Assembly (NCBI RefSeq): GCF_004010195.1
Contig: NC_057710.1
Location: forward strand, 89,195,666 to 89,259,665
Length of the DNA: 64,000 nucleotides
Origin: Chiloscyllium plagiosum
Lineage: Eukaryota
Reading direction: 5' to 3'
The translations under genes and the position numbers were made by a program. Positions within the stretch are counted from its first letter, which is position 1. Each line of letters opens with the position of its first letter. The notes under the pieces are model-generated. The model was not told the origin of the DNA and searched no databases. It was given only the letters and a program-made list of their open reading frames with translations. Positions 13,370 through 28,395 of this stretch are shown in pieces.

Positions 13370-14672
13370 GCAGAAGATGTTGTTTATTTGGATTTTAGCA
13401 AAGCCAAGATTCCACATGGTAGACTAATTAGTAAAGTTCGATCATATGGGTTTCAGGGTGAACTTGTCAAATGAATACATAATTGGCTTAACAGCAGGAA
13501 AAAGAGTGATGATATGTGTTACTTTATAGACTGTAGGCCTGTCACCAACATAGGGATCTGGGTCCACTGTTGTTTAACATTTATATGAATGATTGAGATG
13601 AGAATATAAAAAGCATGGTTTGTAAGTTTGCAGATGACACCAAAATTGCTGGCATAGTAGACAATGAAGGTAGTTTTCTAAGATTACAATTGGATCTTGA
13701 TCAAATGGGTCAGTGGGCTGAAAAATGGCAGATGGAATTAAATTTTGATAAATGTGAGATATTGCATTTTGGTACACAAACAAGGGCAGGACTTATAAAA
13801 TTGATGATAGGGTCCTGATTGGTGTTGTAAAACAGAGGGACCTTGGGGTTCAGGTACATAATTCTTTGAAGTTTGCATCACACACAGACAAGGTAATTAA
13901 AAAGTCATTTAGCGCACTTGCCTTCATTGCTCAGTCCTTTGAGTATAGGAGTTGGGAAATCATAATGAGATTTTACAGGACATTGGTGAGGCCTCTTCTG
14001 GAGTATTCTGTCCAGCCTTGGTTACCCTGTTACAGGAGAGATATCGTTTAGCTGGAGAGGGTTCAGCAAAGAATTACCGGGATATTGCTGGGTATGGAAG
14101 GTTTGCATTATAAAGATACGCTAGAACTTTATTCACTGAAGCGTAGGAGGTTGAGAGTTGACCTGACAGAGGTTTATAAAATCATGAAGGGTATAGATAG
14201 AATTAGTGGTAATTGTCTTTTTCCTAGGATGAGGGATTTCAAGAGTAGGTGCCACATGTTTAAGTTGAGAGGGGAGAAATTTAAAAGAGGTATGCGGGAC
14301 AAATTTTGTAAGGAAAGGCTGGTTTGCGTGTGGAATGAACTTCGAGGAAATGATGGATGCAGGTACACTGTTTAAAAGGCACTTCGATAAGTGGAACAAA
14401 GAACAATACAGCACAAGAACAAGCTCTTCGGCCCTCCCAGCCTGCACTGACACATTTTGCCCTTCCATGCTAATACACTCTTCATTTACAGAGTCTGTAT
14501 CCCTCTATTCCCTTCCTATTCATGTATTCATCCAGGTGCTTCTTGAAAGTACATGAGTAAGAAACGTTTGGAGGGTTATGGGCCAGGAGCAGGCAGGTGG
14601 GATTAGTTTAGTTTGCGATTATGTTCGGCATTAACTGAACCAAGGTATCTGTTTCTGTGCTGTATGACTCTA
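13370..14672 (+). mobile_element. CR1 LINE 3' part with a nested antisense LINE 3'-end fragment (~14394-14545)
   Basis: KFADDTK and LVRPLLEY motifs, ends in tatgactctata. Confidence 0.88.
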
Positions 14673-16638
14673 TAAAAAATAAATGAGCTTTAACTGGCCA
14701 GTTCACTTAGGCAGACTCCATGATTCGTTACATCACAGGCACATGGGGTTTTATTTGGCTTGATTTGTGACGACACCAATGTATGCAAATAGCTTCTGAT
14801 AATCTTTGAGGATGATTCACTTATAATTAAGGTTCTATTCTCCAAGGTTTGAATACATTGATATTGGTGTTGGTACTGATAACCATGCAGCAATCAAATC
14901 CTTCATCCTGTAGCTTTCAACAGGCACAGTCATGACTGATTTAATTGAAGTTCAAAAACGAGTTCAAGCTGTGGTTTCTCTCTCTCAAATTAGTTGCTTC
15001 CCTATGAAGCCCCTGTTAACTTTCAAACATATGTCATCAGTTTGACCATAATGCATCTCCAGAACCAAAACATCTGGAGTACTCTTTGAACAAGAATCAA
15101 CCTGCAACTAACTTCCAACTTCCAGCCCTAGCCTGATAAGCAAATATTAGTTTGTTTGTTCTCTTTTAAAGAAAAACTAGCAGCTCCTCTCAGTCCAAAG
15201 GTGACCTATCGCTCTGAGCTCTCAGTTCACAGCTTCAAACTAAAAATTATATCAAAAGAACACTGAAAATTGAGAAGGGGTTCTGATAACCAGATCGTGT
15301 AGCATGTCTCAAAAGACGGGTAAATGAAGATAAGCTATTTCCATTGGTTGGGGAAGCTGTGATTCGGAGGTGTATTCTGAAAATAGTATCAGACTATTAC
15401 TAATTGTTCAATGTAGACAAACTCTCAAGGATGTCAATTTATTTCTGTACTTATTGTTTTCTCCTCCAAGTAATGTGGCATTTGGCACTCAACTAACTAG
15501 ACACTCGACAGAACAACTATCTTACCTCATTACTACATGATGTACAAACATACACCAGGAACAAAGTGAATTTTGTTTTTGTTCTTTTTGCAAACAAGAT
15601 ACAGTAATAAAGAATGAAATAGTGTTGGCCTTCATTTCAAAGGGAATGAAGCATAAAAATAGGGAGGTCTTGCTAAAATTATACAAGACTACATTTCTCT
15701 CATAACCCTTGATTCCCTTACTGATGAAGATTCTGTCTGTCTCAGCCTTGAAAAATTCAACTACCCAGCTTCTACAACTTTTTCTGGTAAAGAATTCCAC
15801 AAACTCGCTATTATCCGTGAGAGGAATTTCACCCTCATCTCTATCTTAAATATGCAACTCCGAATTTTATCTGAGGCACTCTCACAGGAGGAAGCAACCT
15901 TCCTGCATCAACACTGTCAAGCTCCCAAAGAATGTTTCTGTTGCAATAAGATTGCTCCCTTATTATTCATAACAAAGAGTATATGTTTAATCTACTCAGC
16001 ATCTTGTAATAATACAGTCCACCCATACCTGGTACCAGCTAAGTGAACCTTCTCTGGACTGCCTGCAATACCAGTATTCCTTTGCTTAGATAAGTGGCCC
16101 AGAATTGTTCACAGTATTGCAGTTGTAGTCTGACTGGTACCTTGTATAAATTTAGGAAAGACTCTCTTCTTTTATACTCTGGTCCCTTTGAAATCAAAGC
16201 TAACATTCCATTTGCCTTCCTTATTACCTGCTGAACTTGGACTATGCTGATGGAATTGACAAATGGGTGGCCATGTCAGAATGAGTCTGGATAATGGCTT
16301 TGTCAGAGAGAATATGATCAAAGGTGGAGATGATGATGGAGAAAGAATAATAAATAATTGGGTTTTTGAAAGTGCTATTTATGGGTTGATTTTTATTTTC
16401 TAAAGTGATATGCACAACAGGAAGCCAGGCTGGGAAGGAGAATGTGTGCACTTGCTGCTGACCTTAAGCTGTGTCTACCAAACTATCAAAGTATTTCTGC
16501 TACACTTTTTACTAACAGCAGCTTACTTTTCCTTAACTATTGAGATTAAATTGGAAATGGTTAGTTAATTCTGTATGCAAAATCATGAGAAATACTAACT
16601 GCAGTGTTACTTTCAAGTTCCATAAAGCTAGATACTGA

Positions 16639-16779
<141 letters not shown>

Positions 16780-18593
16780 TAGCTTTGTTTTGCATACCCA
16801 GCTGATATTTATAATGGATTAAGTATTCTTGTTCCTGCCTTCACCTCACCCTAGGTCACTTAAGCCAATCAAATATCCATATAAAAAGAGTCTTAGACAT
16901 GAAAATAATTTAGAGCACAATCTGCTGTGCACAAAAGCAGTGGGCAAAGTAATTTCCTGTACCATTTGAGTGTGCAAGATATTATTCAAATAAATATTAG
17001 TCATGATTGGTCACATAATTTAAATACACATTTTTAAAAGCTTCCACTGCTACAGAATTCAAAGGAGTAAGATGTATTTTAAGTAATGAACTTTTAGTAG
17101 CAACTTACATTTCATCAATTTGCTATTGTATATTTTCTATTTTTTGCAATATTATTTTCAATATTTATCTTTACTGAATCTAATTTTATTATCATATTAT
17201 TTACTCCGTCTGATCACATCATCTTGCAAATGCTTAGCTTCTGATTCTCTGATCTTGAAGTGTTTCAAAACCAGCAACTTAAGAGCTCCAGTATACCTGA
17301 TGTAGAAAGTTACAGATGCTTAAGGTTGTTTTGACTCAAATTAATTTACCATTCCCACACAACATGAAGTTACTATGAGGGACTGTCCTCAACGTGTCCC
17401 ATTGCCCAAGGTATGGTAGCCCTCTGGTTAAACTGCCAGTTGTCACTAGATCACCATTGACATCTTACAGGAATGTAGGGAAAGCAAGTAAATTCTGGTC
17501 TTGTAAAAAAAAAAATCCAGATCCCATAACCAATTTGTATAAAAATGTTTACCCACTTAATTGCATCTTCCACATCCTGTATTACTTTCTCACTCCAATT
17601 CCTTTGTCCATCCTGAAATAAACTCTTCCCCCATTCATTTACATCTGTGCTTTTAAACATTTAGCTGAATAACCTTGCTACCATTCTTGCCAGGATAAAT
17701 TAAGAGTAGCTTCAAACTGAGTATCCAGCTAGTATGATGTGTCACAACAATGGAATTGCTTTCCCCTGTTCTAATCACATGGTCCAGCACATCCTTAACC
17801 TTCCATTTTCATCCAGAGTATTGAGCAGTCCTGGTTCATTGGGGAGCATGCTGCTCATGAGGCATCCCTGTTCAATAAGGGAAGTATACAGAAAGAAGAT
17901 TGCAATAGACCAGTTAGCCTAACATTTTTTGTTGGGAAAATACTAGGATCCATTATTAAGTAAGAATGAGGATATTTAGAAAAGCTTAACACAAATAGAC
18001 AGTCAATATGGTTTTGCGAAAGGGAAATCATGTTTGACAATTTGCTTGAGTTATAGAGTCATAGAGATGTACAGCATGGAAATAGACCCTTCGTTCTAAT
18101 TCTTCCATTCCAACCAGATATCCTAACCTAATCTAATCCCATTTGCCAGCATTTGGCCCATATCCCTCTGAACTCTTCCTATCCATAGCCCCATCCAGAC
18201 CTTGAAAATGTTGTAATTGTACCAGCTTCCACCACTTCCTCTGGCAGTGCATTTCATACATGCATCACCCTCTGTGTGAAAACGTAGCCCCTTAGGTCCC
18301 TTTTAAATCTTTCCCCTATCACCCTAACCCTATGCCCTCTAGTTCTGGACTCCCCCACCCCAGGGAAAAAGACTTTGTCTATTAATCCTATCCATGCCCC
18401 TCATGATTTTATAAACCTGTATAAGGTCACCCCTTAGCCTACGATGCTCCAGGGAAAACAGCTCCAGCATATCAGCCTCTCTATAGCTCAAACCCCTGGC
18501 AACATCCTTGTTATCCTTTCTGAACCCTTTCAAGTTTCACAGCATCCTTCCTATAACAGGGAGACCAGAATTGCGCACAATATTCCAAAAGTG

Positions 18594-21500
18594 CCAGGAT
18601 CAAGGATGTCTCGGAGAGGGTGTAGAATGTTCTCACTGGGGAGAGGGGCCGGCAGGAGGTCATTGTCCACATTGGAACCAACGACATTGGAAGGGAAAAG
18701 GTTGAGACTCTGAAGGGAGATTACAGAGAGTTAGGCAGACACTTAAAAAGGAGGTCCTCAAGGGTAGTAATATCTGGATTACTCCCAGTGCTATGAGCTA
18801 GTGAAAGCAGGAATAGGAGGATAGAGCAGATGTGTATGGGAGAAGGATTCACATTTTTGGATCATTGGAATCTCTTTTGGGGTAGAAGTGACCTGTACAA
18901 GAGGGACGGATTGCACCTAAATTGGAAGGGGACTAATATACTGTCAGGGAAATTTGCAAGAACTGCTTGGGAGGATTTAAATGAGTAAGGTGAGGGGGTG
19001 GGACCCAGGGAGATAGTGAGGAAAGAGATCGATCTAAGACGGGCACAGCTGAGAACAGAAGTGAGTCAAACAGTCAGGGCAGGCAGGGACAAGGTAGGAC
19101 TAATAAATTAAACTGCATTTATTTCAATGCAAGGGGCCTACAGGGAAGGCAGATGAACTCAGGGCATGGTTAGGAATTATGGAACATATCATAGCAATTA
19201 CGGAAACATGGCTCGGGGATGGGCAGCTGAATGTTCCAGGATACAAATGCTACAGGAAGGATAGAAAGGGAGGCAAAAGAGGAGGGGGGGTGGCATTTTT
19301 GAAAAGGAATAGCATTATAGCTGTGCTGAGGGAGGATATTCCCGGAAATGCATCCAGGGAAGTTATTTGGGTGGAACTGAGAAATAAGAAAGGGATGATC
19401 ACGTTATTGGGATTGTATTATAGACGCCCCCAATAGTCAGGAGGGAAATTGAGAAACAAACTTGTAAAGAGATCTCAGCTATCTGTAAGAATAATAGGGT
19501 AGTTATGGTAGGGGAACAGGGAAGACAGATGAACTCAGGGCATGGTTAGCAACATGGGACTGGAATACCATAGCAATTACAGAAGCATGGCTCAGGGATG
19601 GGCAGGACTGGCAGCTAAATGTTCCAGGATACAAATGCTACAGGAAAGATGGAAAGGGAGGCAGGAGAAGAGGTGGAGTGGCGTTTTTGATCAGGGATAG
19701 CATTACAGCTGTACTGAGGGAGAATATTCCTGGAAATACATCCAGGGAAGTTATTTGGGTAGAACTTAGAAATAAGAACGGGATGATCAACTTATTTGGA
19801 TTGTATTATAGACCCCCTAATAGTCAGAAGGAAATTGAGAAACAAACTTGTAAGGAGATCTGAGGTATCTGCAATAAAGTGGGTGATTATGATAGGAGAT
19901 TTTCCAAACATAGACTGGGACTGCCATAGCGTTAAAGGTCTAGATGGAGATGAATTTGTGAAGTGAGAAAATTTTCTTATTCAGTATGTGGATGAACATA
20001 GTAGAGAAGGGGCAAAACTTGACCCACTCTGGGGAAATAAGGCAGGGCAGGTGACAGTGGAGGTCCACATTGGGTCTAGCTACAATAATTCTATTAGATC
20101 TAAAATAATGATGGAAAAGGATAGACAAGATTTAAAGTTGAAGTTCGAAATTGGAGAAAGGCCAATTTTGACGGTATTTGGCAAGAACTTTCAAAACCTG
20201 ATTGGGGGCAGATGTTCATATGGAAGTGGACAGCTAGAAAATGGGAAGCCTGCAGAAGTGAGATAACAATAATCCAGAGAATGTATATTCCTGTTAGGAT
20301 GATAGGAAAGGTATATTCCTGTCAGGGTGAAAGGGAAGGCTGGTAGGTATCGGGAATGCTGGCTGACTAAAGAAATTGAGGGTTTGGTTAAGAAAAAGAA
20401 GGAAGCATATGTCAGGTATAGACAGGATAGATCGAGTGAATCCTCAGAAGAGTANNNNNNNNNNNNNNNNNNNNNNNNNNNNNNNNNNNNNNNNNNNNNN
20501 NNNNNNNNNNNNNNNNNNNNNNNNNNNNNNNNNNNNNNNNNNNNNNNNNNNNNNNNNNNNNNNNNNNNNNNNNNNNNNNNNNNNNNNNNNNNNNNNNNNN
20601 NNNNNNNNNNNNNNNNNNNNNNNNNNNNNNNNNNNNNNNNNNNNNNNNNNNNNNNNNNNNNNNNNNNNNNNNNNNNNNNNNNNNNNNNNNNNNNNNNNNN
20701 NNNNNNNNNNNNNNNNNNNNNNNNNNNNNNNNNNNNNNNNNNNNNNNNNNNNNNNNNNNNNNNNNNNNNNNNNNNNNNNNNNNNNNNNNNNNNNNNNNNN
20801 NNNNNNNNNNNNNNNNNNNNNNNNNNNNNNNNNNNNNNNNNNNNNNNNNNNNNNNNNNNNNNNNNNNNNNNNNNNNNNNNNNNNNNNNNNNNNNNNNNNN
20901 NNNNNNNNNNNNNNNNNNNNNNNNNNNNNNNNNNNNNNNNNNNNNNNNNNNNNNNNNNNNNNNNNNNNNNNNNNNNNNNNNNNNNNNNNNNNNNNNNNNN
21001 NNNNNNNNNNNNNNNNNNNNNNNNNNNNNNNNNNNNNNNNNNNNNNNNNNNNNNNNNNNGTTGTTTTTCAGACTGGACGCCTGTGACCAGTGGAGTGCCA
21101 CAAGGATCAGTGCTGGGTCCTCTACTTTTTGTCATTTACATAAATGATTTGGATGCGAGCATAAGAGGTACAGTTAGTAAGGTTGCAGATGACACCAAAA
21201 TTGGAGGTGTAGTGGACAGCGAAGAGGGTTACCTCAGATTACAACAGGATCTGGACCAGATGGGCCAATGGGCTGACAAGTGGCAGATGGAGTTTAATTC
21301 AGATAAATGCAAGGTGCTGCATTTTGGGAAAGCAAATCTTAGCAGGACTTATACACTTAATGGTAAAGTCCTAGGAGTGCAGGTTCATAGCTCCTTGAAA
21401 GTGGAGTCGCAGGTAGATAGGATAGTGAAGGAGGGGTTTTGTATGCTTTCCTTTATTGGTCAGAGTATTGAGTACAGGAGTTGGGAGGTCATGTTGCGGC

Positions 21501-22050
21501 CACTGTTGGAATATTGCGTGCAATTCTGGTCTCCTTCCTATCGAAAAGATGTTGTGAAACTTGAAAGGGTTCAGAAAAGATTTACAAGGCTGTTGCTAGA
21601 GTTGGAGGATCTGAGTTACAGGGAGAGGCTGAACAGGCTGGGGCTGTTTTCCCTTGAGCGTCGGAGGCTGAGGGGTGACCTTCCAGAGGTTTACATAATT
21701 ATGAGGGGCATGGATAGCATAAATAGACAAAGTCATTTCCCTGGGGTCGGGGAGTCCAGAACGAGAGGACATGGGTTTAGGGTGAGAGGGGAAAGATATA
21801 AAAGGGACCTAAGGGGCAACGTTTTCACACAGAGGGTGGTACGTGTATGGAATGAGCTGCCAGAGGATGTGGTGGAGGCTGGTACAATTGCAACATTTAA
21901 GAGGCATTTGGATGTGTATATCAATAGGAAGGGTTTGGAGGGATATGGGCGGGTACTGGCAGGTGGGACTAGATTGGGTTGGGATATCTGGTGGCATGGA
22001 CGGGTTGGACCAAAGGGTCTGTTTCCATGCTGTACATCTCTATGACTCTT
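18594..22050 (+). mobile_element. CR1 LINE with partial ORF1, APE endonuclease and RT (gap inside)
   Basis: [33 protein letters not shown] motifs. Ends ctctatgactct. Flanked by aagtg. Confidence 0.88.
20455..21059. other. Assembly gap (Ns)
   Basis: Run of N. Confidence 0.99.
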
Positions 22051-22784
22051 AAGTGGCCTAACCAATTTCCTGTACAGCCAAAACATGACCTCTCACCTCC
22101 TATACGCAATGCTCTGACCAATAAAGGAAAGCATACCAAACACCGCCTTCACTGTCCTATCTACCTGCGACTCCACTTTCAAGGAGCTATGAACCTGCAC
22201 TCCAAGGTCTCTTTGTTCAGCAACACTCACCAGCAGCTTTCCATAAAGTGTATAAGTCCTGACTTGATTTGCCTTTCCAAAATGCAGCATCTCACATTTC
22301 TCTAAATTAAGCTGCATCTGCCACTTTTTGACCCATCTGACCAAGATTCCATTGTGCTGTGAGGTAACCTTTGCTATCCACCTCATCTCCAATTTTGGTG
22401 TCATCTGCAAACTTACTAACTATACCTCATATGTTCACATCCAAATCATTACATATAACTGATGAAAAGTAGTGGACCCAGCCCCAATCACTGCTAGTCA
22501 GAGGACTCTTGTCTGAAAAGCAACTCTCCACCACCCTCTGTCTTCTTCCTTCGAGCTCGTTCTGTATCTAAATGACTAGTTTTCCCAGTAGTCCATGTGA
22601 TCTAACATTGCTAACCAGTCTACCATGAGGAACCTTGTCGAATGCCTTACTGAAGTTCACAGATCACATTTACCGCTCTGCCCTTGTCAATCCTCTTCAT
22701 TACTTCTTCAAAAAGCTCAAACCAAGTTAGTTGGATGTGATTTCCCATGCACGAAGCCATGTTGACTATCCCTAATCAGTCCTT

Positions 22785-23410
22785 TGTTATGGACTAGGCC
22801 AGCCCACTCAAAACATTCTTAAGCAGGCAGCTGAGACCAGAACTTTGCTATTTGTTTTGGTAAGTGTACAGTGAAAATTAAATGGATTGAGTTAGCTAGG
22901 TTGACTACCAGGTTTTAAAACAGACATAAATTATGGAATGAAACATAAAGAACGGAATATAGAATACCCAACTCAGTCTATCCAAACTAGACTTAATTAT
23001 GCTGTTCTGAAAATACACAACAATCCCAAGAAACAAACCCATTAAAGATAGACTTATACTGAAATAAAGGCTTACAGGTCAAAGTTAGAAGGGTAGAAGG
23101 AGAGTGAGTCTAGCAGCCTGTCTCCACACAGCCCACTGCTGAACTGAACTGACTAACAACAAGAATTCAGCTTCCAGGACTGACCACTCGCCTTTCATTA
23201 TACAGGTTACTTCTAAACATGAAGGCTGTGGCCTAAAGCCTCATCTGTTTACATATAAACAAAAAGGCCTCCCAATGCCCTATTCATCTCTAATACAACC
23301 CACCTGATTCAGAGCCTGAATTGTTTAAGGACCCTTCTGGAAAAAAATCAAGGTCACAACATTCTTGAGAAACGGAACAGGTTTTAGAAAAAAGGACCAG
23401 CTTTGTGATA
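22785..23410 (-). mobile_element. Solo-LTR-like insertion
   Basis: Cleanly interrupts CR1. Begins tgtta, flanks cctt/ccct. Its terminus is homologous to the end of 40279-40873. Confidence 0.65.
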
Positions 23411-25838
23411 CCCTGCCTATCCACTTACATGTAAATCCTGTCCCTCAGGATTTCCTGTAACAACTTGCCCACCACCGATGTCAGGCTCCACAGTCTACAG
23501 TTCCCTTGCTTTTCCATACCACCTTTCATAAATGGTGGCACCATGTTAGCCAATCTCCAGCCTTCAGGCACCTCACCTGCGACTATTGATGCTCTGTATA
23601 TCTCAGCAATTGGCTCAACAATTACTTTCCTAGCTTCCCACAGAGTCCTAGGATACACCTGATCAAGTCGTGGGGATTTATCCACCTTTATGCATTTGAA
23701 GACATGCAACACTTCCTCCTCTGCAATATGGGCATTTTTCAAGACATCACCATCTATTTCCCCACATTCTATATCTTCAATGTCCTCCTCCACAGTAAAC
23801 ACTGATGCAGACTACTCATTTAGTATCTTCCCCCATCTCCTGCGGTTCCACACATAGTCTGCCTTGCTGATCTTTGAGGGTCCTATTCTCTCCCTAGATA
23901 CCCTTTTGTCCTTTTGATTCTCCTTAACCTTAATTGCCAAAGCTATCTCATGTCCTCTTTTTGGTCTCTTGATTTCTCTCTTCAGTATACTCCTCCTGCA
24001 TTTATACTCTTCTGAGGATTCACTCAATCTCTGCTGTCTATACCTGACCCATGCTTCTCATTTTTCTTACCCAAAACCTCAAGTTCTTTGAGGATATAAC
24101 CAGCAAAGTCGATCAAAGGGGATCTTGCCCATTGGAAGGTTAAGACCTGTAGATCTTGAGAACGCTAACACTGGCAAGTTCCCCATCGACTTGCATACCA
24201 TTGTAACTTGTTAAAAACTCATTTGGGGATGAGAGTCGTGTGGATTGGTAAACATTTATTTCCCTTCCCTACTTGGCCTTGAGAAAGTGGTGGTGATACT
24301 TGAGAATACCACCAAGTGCAAGTTCCTCTGTAAGCCATCACTATCCTGACTTAGAAAAATATTGCCATTCTTTCACTGCCACTGGCTCAAGATCTTTGAA
24401 CTCCCCTCCTAACAGCATTTTGAGTCTTTCTATACCCATGGCACTGCAATGGTTCTCGAGTAAAGTCACAATAACCACCTCCAGGTTAATTAAGGGTGAC
24501 CAATAAATCCTGACCTTGTCAATCATGCCCACATCACATGAACAAATAAAGAACTGGCCACGCTTCTAACCAAACTGTTACAATACAGTTGCTGCCATCT
24601 ACCAACCAATATGAAAACCCCTATTGATGTCTGTTCATTTTCATGACCACTCCATTAACCAAAATTCAAATGATGAAGGCTTTGTTTTGTGCATTCACCA
24701 ATTCTTAAATCAATTCTCCACTTCCTTCAGCTCTAATTGTAGTTCAAAGAATGGGTAGAAAAACCGAGTTAAACAGTAGATGTAAAACTTTACAACATCA
24801 CAACAGTGACTGTACTTCAGAATTAGTTCATCATCTCTCAAGTGCTTCAAGACCTCTAGTCATTGTGAAAATTGCTTTATAAATCAATTTCTTTCTTCCT
24901 TTCTTGATACAAAGGCAACATTCTATCCAGTTGACCACTTAGCCCTTCACAAGGACAACCTGCTCTGTAAAATCAACCCCTTTGTCCCAACTAGGATTAT
25001 TTCCTGCCAAATGTATTATCCTTTTGGAATTGCTTAGATTGAATGTGATAATATTTCCCTGATGACTTTCCATTATCCCCAATACCCTTCCATTTATCCA
25101 TAATTCAGTTGCTTATATCTTGCACTAAATCCTACTCCATCTTCTGTCTTGGTTCTAAATGCTGGAATTTACTTCCTAAAACTCTGCTTTACCATTTTCA
25201 TCCCCTCCTCTAAGACTGTTTCAAAACTCTGAAGAATTTAATTAACACTCGGAATATGTTTTGTTGATATCAGTTTTGTTTCTCTGAAGGATTTTGTTAT
25301 TTCTGTCATAAAGGTATTATGTAATTATTTTCATCTTGCTAAACGTATTAGTCTTGTTTCTTGTAAAACTTATGGCTTTTTATTTAGAAATGGCTACCAA
25401 CCTAAGGAATTAGTACGGCTATTTCAATTTTTTATTTTGATGTTATTAATATGAAAATCTATTATAAAAATACTGTTATTAATCAAAATGGTAAATGACC
25501 TAGTCAATTTAATGTGAGCACTTTTGATGTCACACTGCAAAGGAAGCTTACGGTTATGAAAATGAGATGCATCTTTCCAGTCATGTGTGTCTCAGAGTAT
25601 TGATCTCTCATATATTTTCCAAAAATATGCACAATGTGTTTTAATCCTGAACCCCTTAGTTCAATATGTTTTGCAGATAGAAGTGACCTTCACTTTGTGC
25701 ATTTGAAATAGAAAGGAATAAAATACTGATGTTCAAAGGGATGGAAAATATATCGTGTTACCTGTTCCTTGGAGATTTAAGGAATACTTTTTTGTTGTGT
25801 AGTCTTAATCTCAAACTCTTTGAAATTGGACATAATGA

Positions 25839-26036
<198 letters not shown>

Positions 26037-27341
26037 TAAGTCGGCTCTTTGCCTTTTTTGTGCATTTCTTCATGAAGTGCTTTATGCATACATATAATTT
26101 TGTGGTTGCTGCTGAAATGAAATCCTTTGCCTATGTTTTCTGAAACATGTCTCTGAAACAAGGTTAGTTATTCTTTAATTGAGCTGTGGAATTCTGCAGT
26201 GAAGAATGTTCCCCCAGATATTGTGGCACAGCAGTAGTGCCTCTACCTCTGTGTCAGTAGGTCTAGGTTAAAGTCCACCTCAGAATGTGATGGACAAGGA
26301 GATTTGTAAATACACATCTAAGCATATTGCTTTAAAGAATGTTCCCTTGTTTGTTTAATGGCATTTACTGTTTCCTGGCCCTTCTAAGAAAGGGGCCAAT
26401 TATAGAAGAAACAGGGAGCAGAATCACCCTTAGCACCGCACAATATGGCAAGAAACTGGGAAAAGTGTATGAGATCAGCAGTAAGGAACTTTTCAGTGTC
26501 AAGAGCAAAACTTCAATTTTTCAATCAAGTGTTGAACAGTGTTATGCAGTATCATCCACGAACATTTCATTATCAGTTAATCTCACTTTTCTTAATGTAG
26601 TGATGATAGAATTTGGGGTTAGGATCACTAGGCTACCTTCAAATATTTTGATGAGGTCTGGTCTGGTCCATAACATCAGCAAGAGCAGTTTTCTCCTGCT
26701 GCAATTGTGATTCATTGATGAATCTTTCAGTGACCTATTTTCTTCAAAAGCAAAATTCTGTAGGTGTTGAGAATTTGAAATGAAAAAATGTTGTTTAAAG
26801 ACCCTGAGAAACTCTCAGAACTTTCAGTCCATTTTGTCTGTAATTACTCTGACCATTTTAACTTGGTCTCAATCTCTTGCTTTTTCCCTGTAACAGCATC
26901 TGTGGTGAGAAAATGAAGTTAATGTTTCAGGTTAACCTCTCATCCCAGTGTACTGATGCAAGGTCATTTGACCTGAAATGCTACCTCTGTTTGTCTTGCC
27001 AATTGGTTATACTGTATGTGCCTATCATTTTGCATGAAGAGTGTTTTGTGGCTAATGATGAAGTAAGACTTTCCTCTAGGTTATTTGCTTTTGATACTCC
27101 TGTTGAAGCAGTTGAAGGTTGTGAGGTTGCCAGATCATGATTAAAGGATTTGTTCTTATTATCAAGCAGTAATATTTCAAAAATACATTAAGGATCTATT
27201 CTGATATTGGTTAACCCAGTGCTATTTTACATCCGAAAACTATTGTACCTGTTCTGTTGGGTATAACTGAGCTACACATTTGCACTTTGAAATCTGTGAA
27301 AATGAAGCACCATGCACGCTGTCCTCACTTCTACAGTCTGG

Positions 27342-28395
27342 ACATAAGAACATAAGCACATAAGAATTAGGAGCAGGAGTAGGCTGTCCAGCCTTTCGAG
27401 CCTGCTCCGCCACTCAATAAGATCATGGCTAATCTTTTCGTCGACTCAGCTCCACTCACCCGCGTTTTCACCATCTCCCTTATTTTTCAAAAAAGTATCT
27501 ACCTTTGCTTTGAAAGCGATTACTGAAGTAGTGTTAACTACTTCCCTGGGCAAGGAATTCCACTGATTAACAACCCTCTGGGTGAAGAAGTTCCTTCTCA
27601 GTTCAGTTTTAAACTTGCTTCCTCTAATCTTGAGGCCATGCCCTCTAGTCCTAGTCTCACCTACCAATGGAAACATCCTATCTCTTTTCTATTTTATCAA
27701 TTCCTTTCATAATTTTATATGTCTCTACAAGACCCTCTCCTCATTCTTCTGAAGTCCAATTAATATAATCCCAATCTACTCAGCCTCTCATAAACTAACC
27801 CCCTCAACTCCAGAACCAACCTCATGAACCTCCTCTGCACCCCCTCCAGTGCCAGTACATCCTTTCTTAAATCTGCATACGGTATGACAGGTGTGGCCTC
27901 ACCAGCATCTTGTACAGCTGTAACATTACCTCTCTGCTTTTAAACTCAACCCCTTTAGGAATGAAGGACAAAATTCCATTTGCCTTCCTAATTAGTTGTT
28001 GTACCTGCAGACCAATCTTCTGTGATTCATGCACAAGGACACCCAGGTCCCTCTGCAAATCAGAATGCTGCAACTTTTTACAGTTCAAGTAATAATCTGT
28101 TTTGCTGTTACTCCTACCAAAATGTATGACTTCACATTCGCTAACATTGTATTCCATCTGCCAGACCTTTGCCCACTTACTCAATGTATCTGTGGTCCTC
28201 TGCAAACTTTACTCTGCCACTCATCTTAGTGTCATCGGTAAATTTTGACACCCTGCTCATGGTCCCCAACTCCAAATTAATTATATAAATTTCAAATAAT
28301 TGTGGTCCCAACATTGATCCCTGAGGGACACCACAACCAGAATAGCACTCATATATCCCCATTCTTTGCTTCCTGTCAGTCAACCAATCCACTAT
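27342..28395 (-). mobile_element. CR1 LINE 3' part (second subfamily)
   Basis: GVPQGSMLGP, KFTDDTK, LVRPHL, RRNFFTQRVVNQWNSLP motifs. (ttcttatg)-type tail. Confidence 0.88.

Larger units (their letters stand above)
18052..24080 (-). mobile_element. CR1 LINE (antisense) split by a sense CR1 and a solo LTR
   Basis: 3' end at 18052 (atagagtcatagag). Sequence breaks at 18593 and resumes colinearly at 22051. RT motifs in ORFs 22093..22410 and 23425..23802. Confidence 0.85.

Noticed and set aside
12990..15290. Possible LTR-like element surrounding the 13.4-kb CR1 (similar suspicion at ~41050-42010)
   Set aside because: No clear TG..CA termini or TSD could be defined by eye.
16510..16565. Possible 15-nt microexon (16545-16559) after a TACTAAC
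   Set aside because: Rare GAG acceptor, weak gttagt donor and no homology support.
20327..22045. 572-aa ORF as an intact RT gene
   Set aside because: Spans a gap, has internal deletions and VADD in place of FADD. It is a dead CR1 copy.
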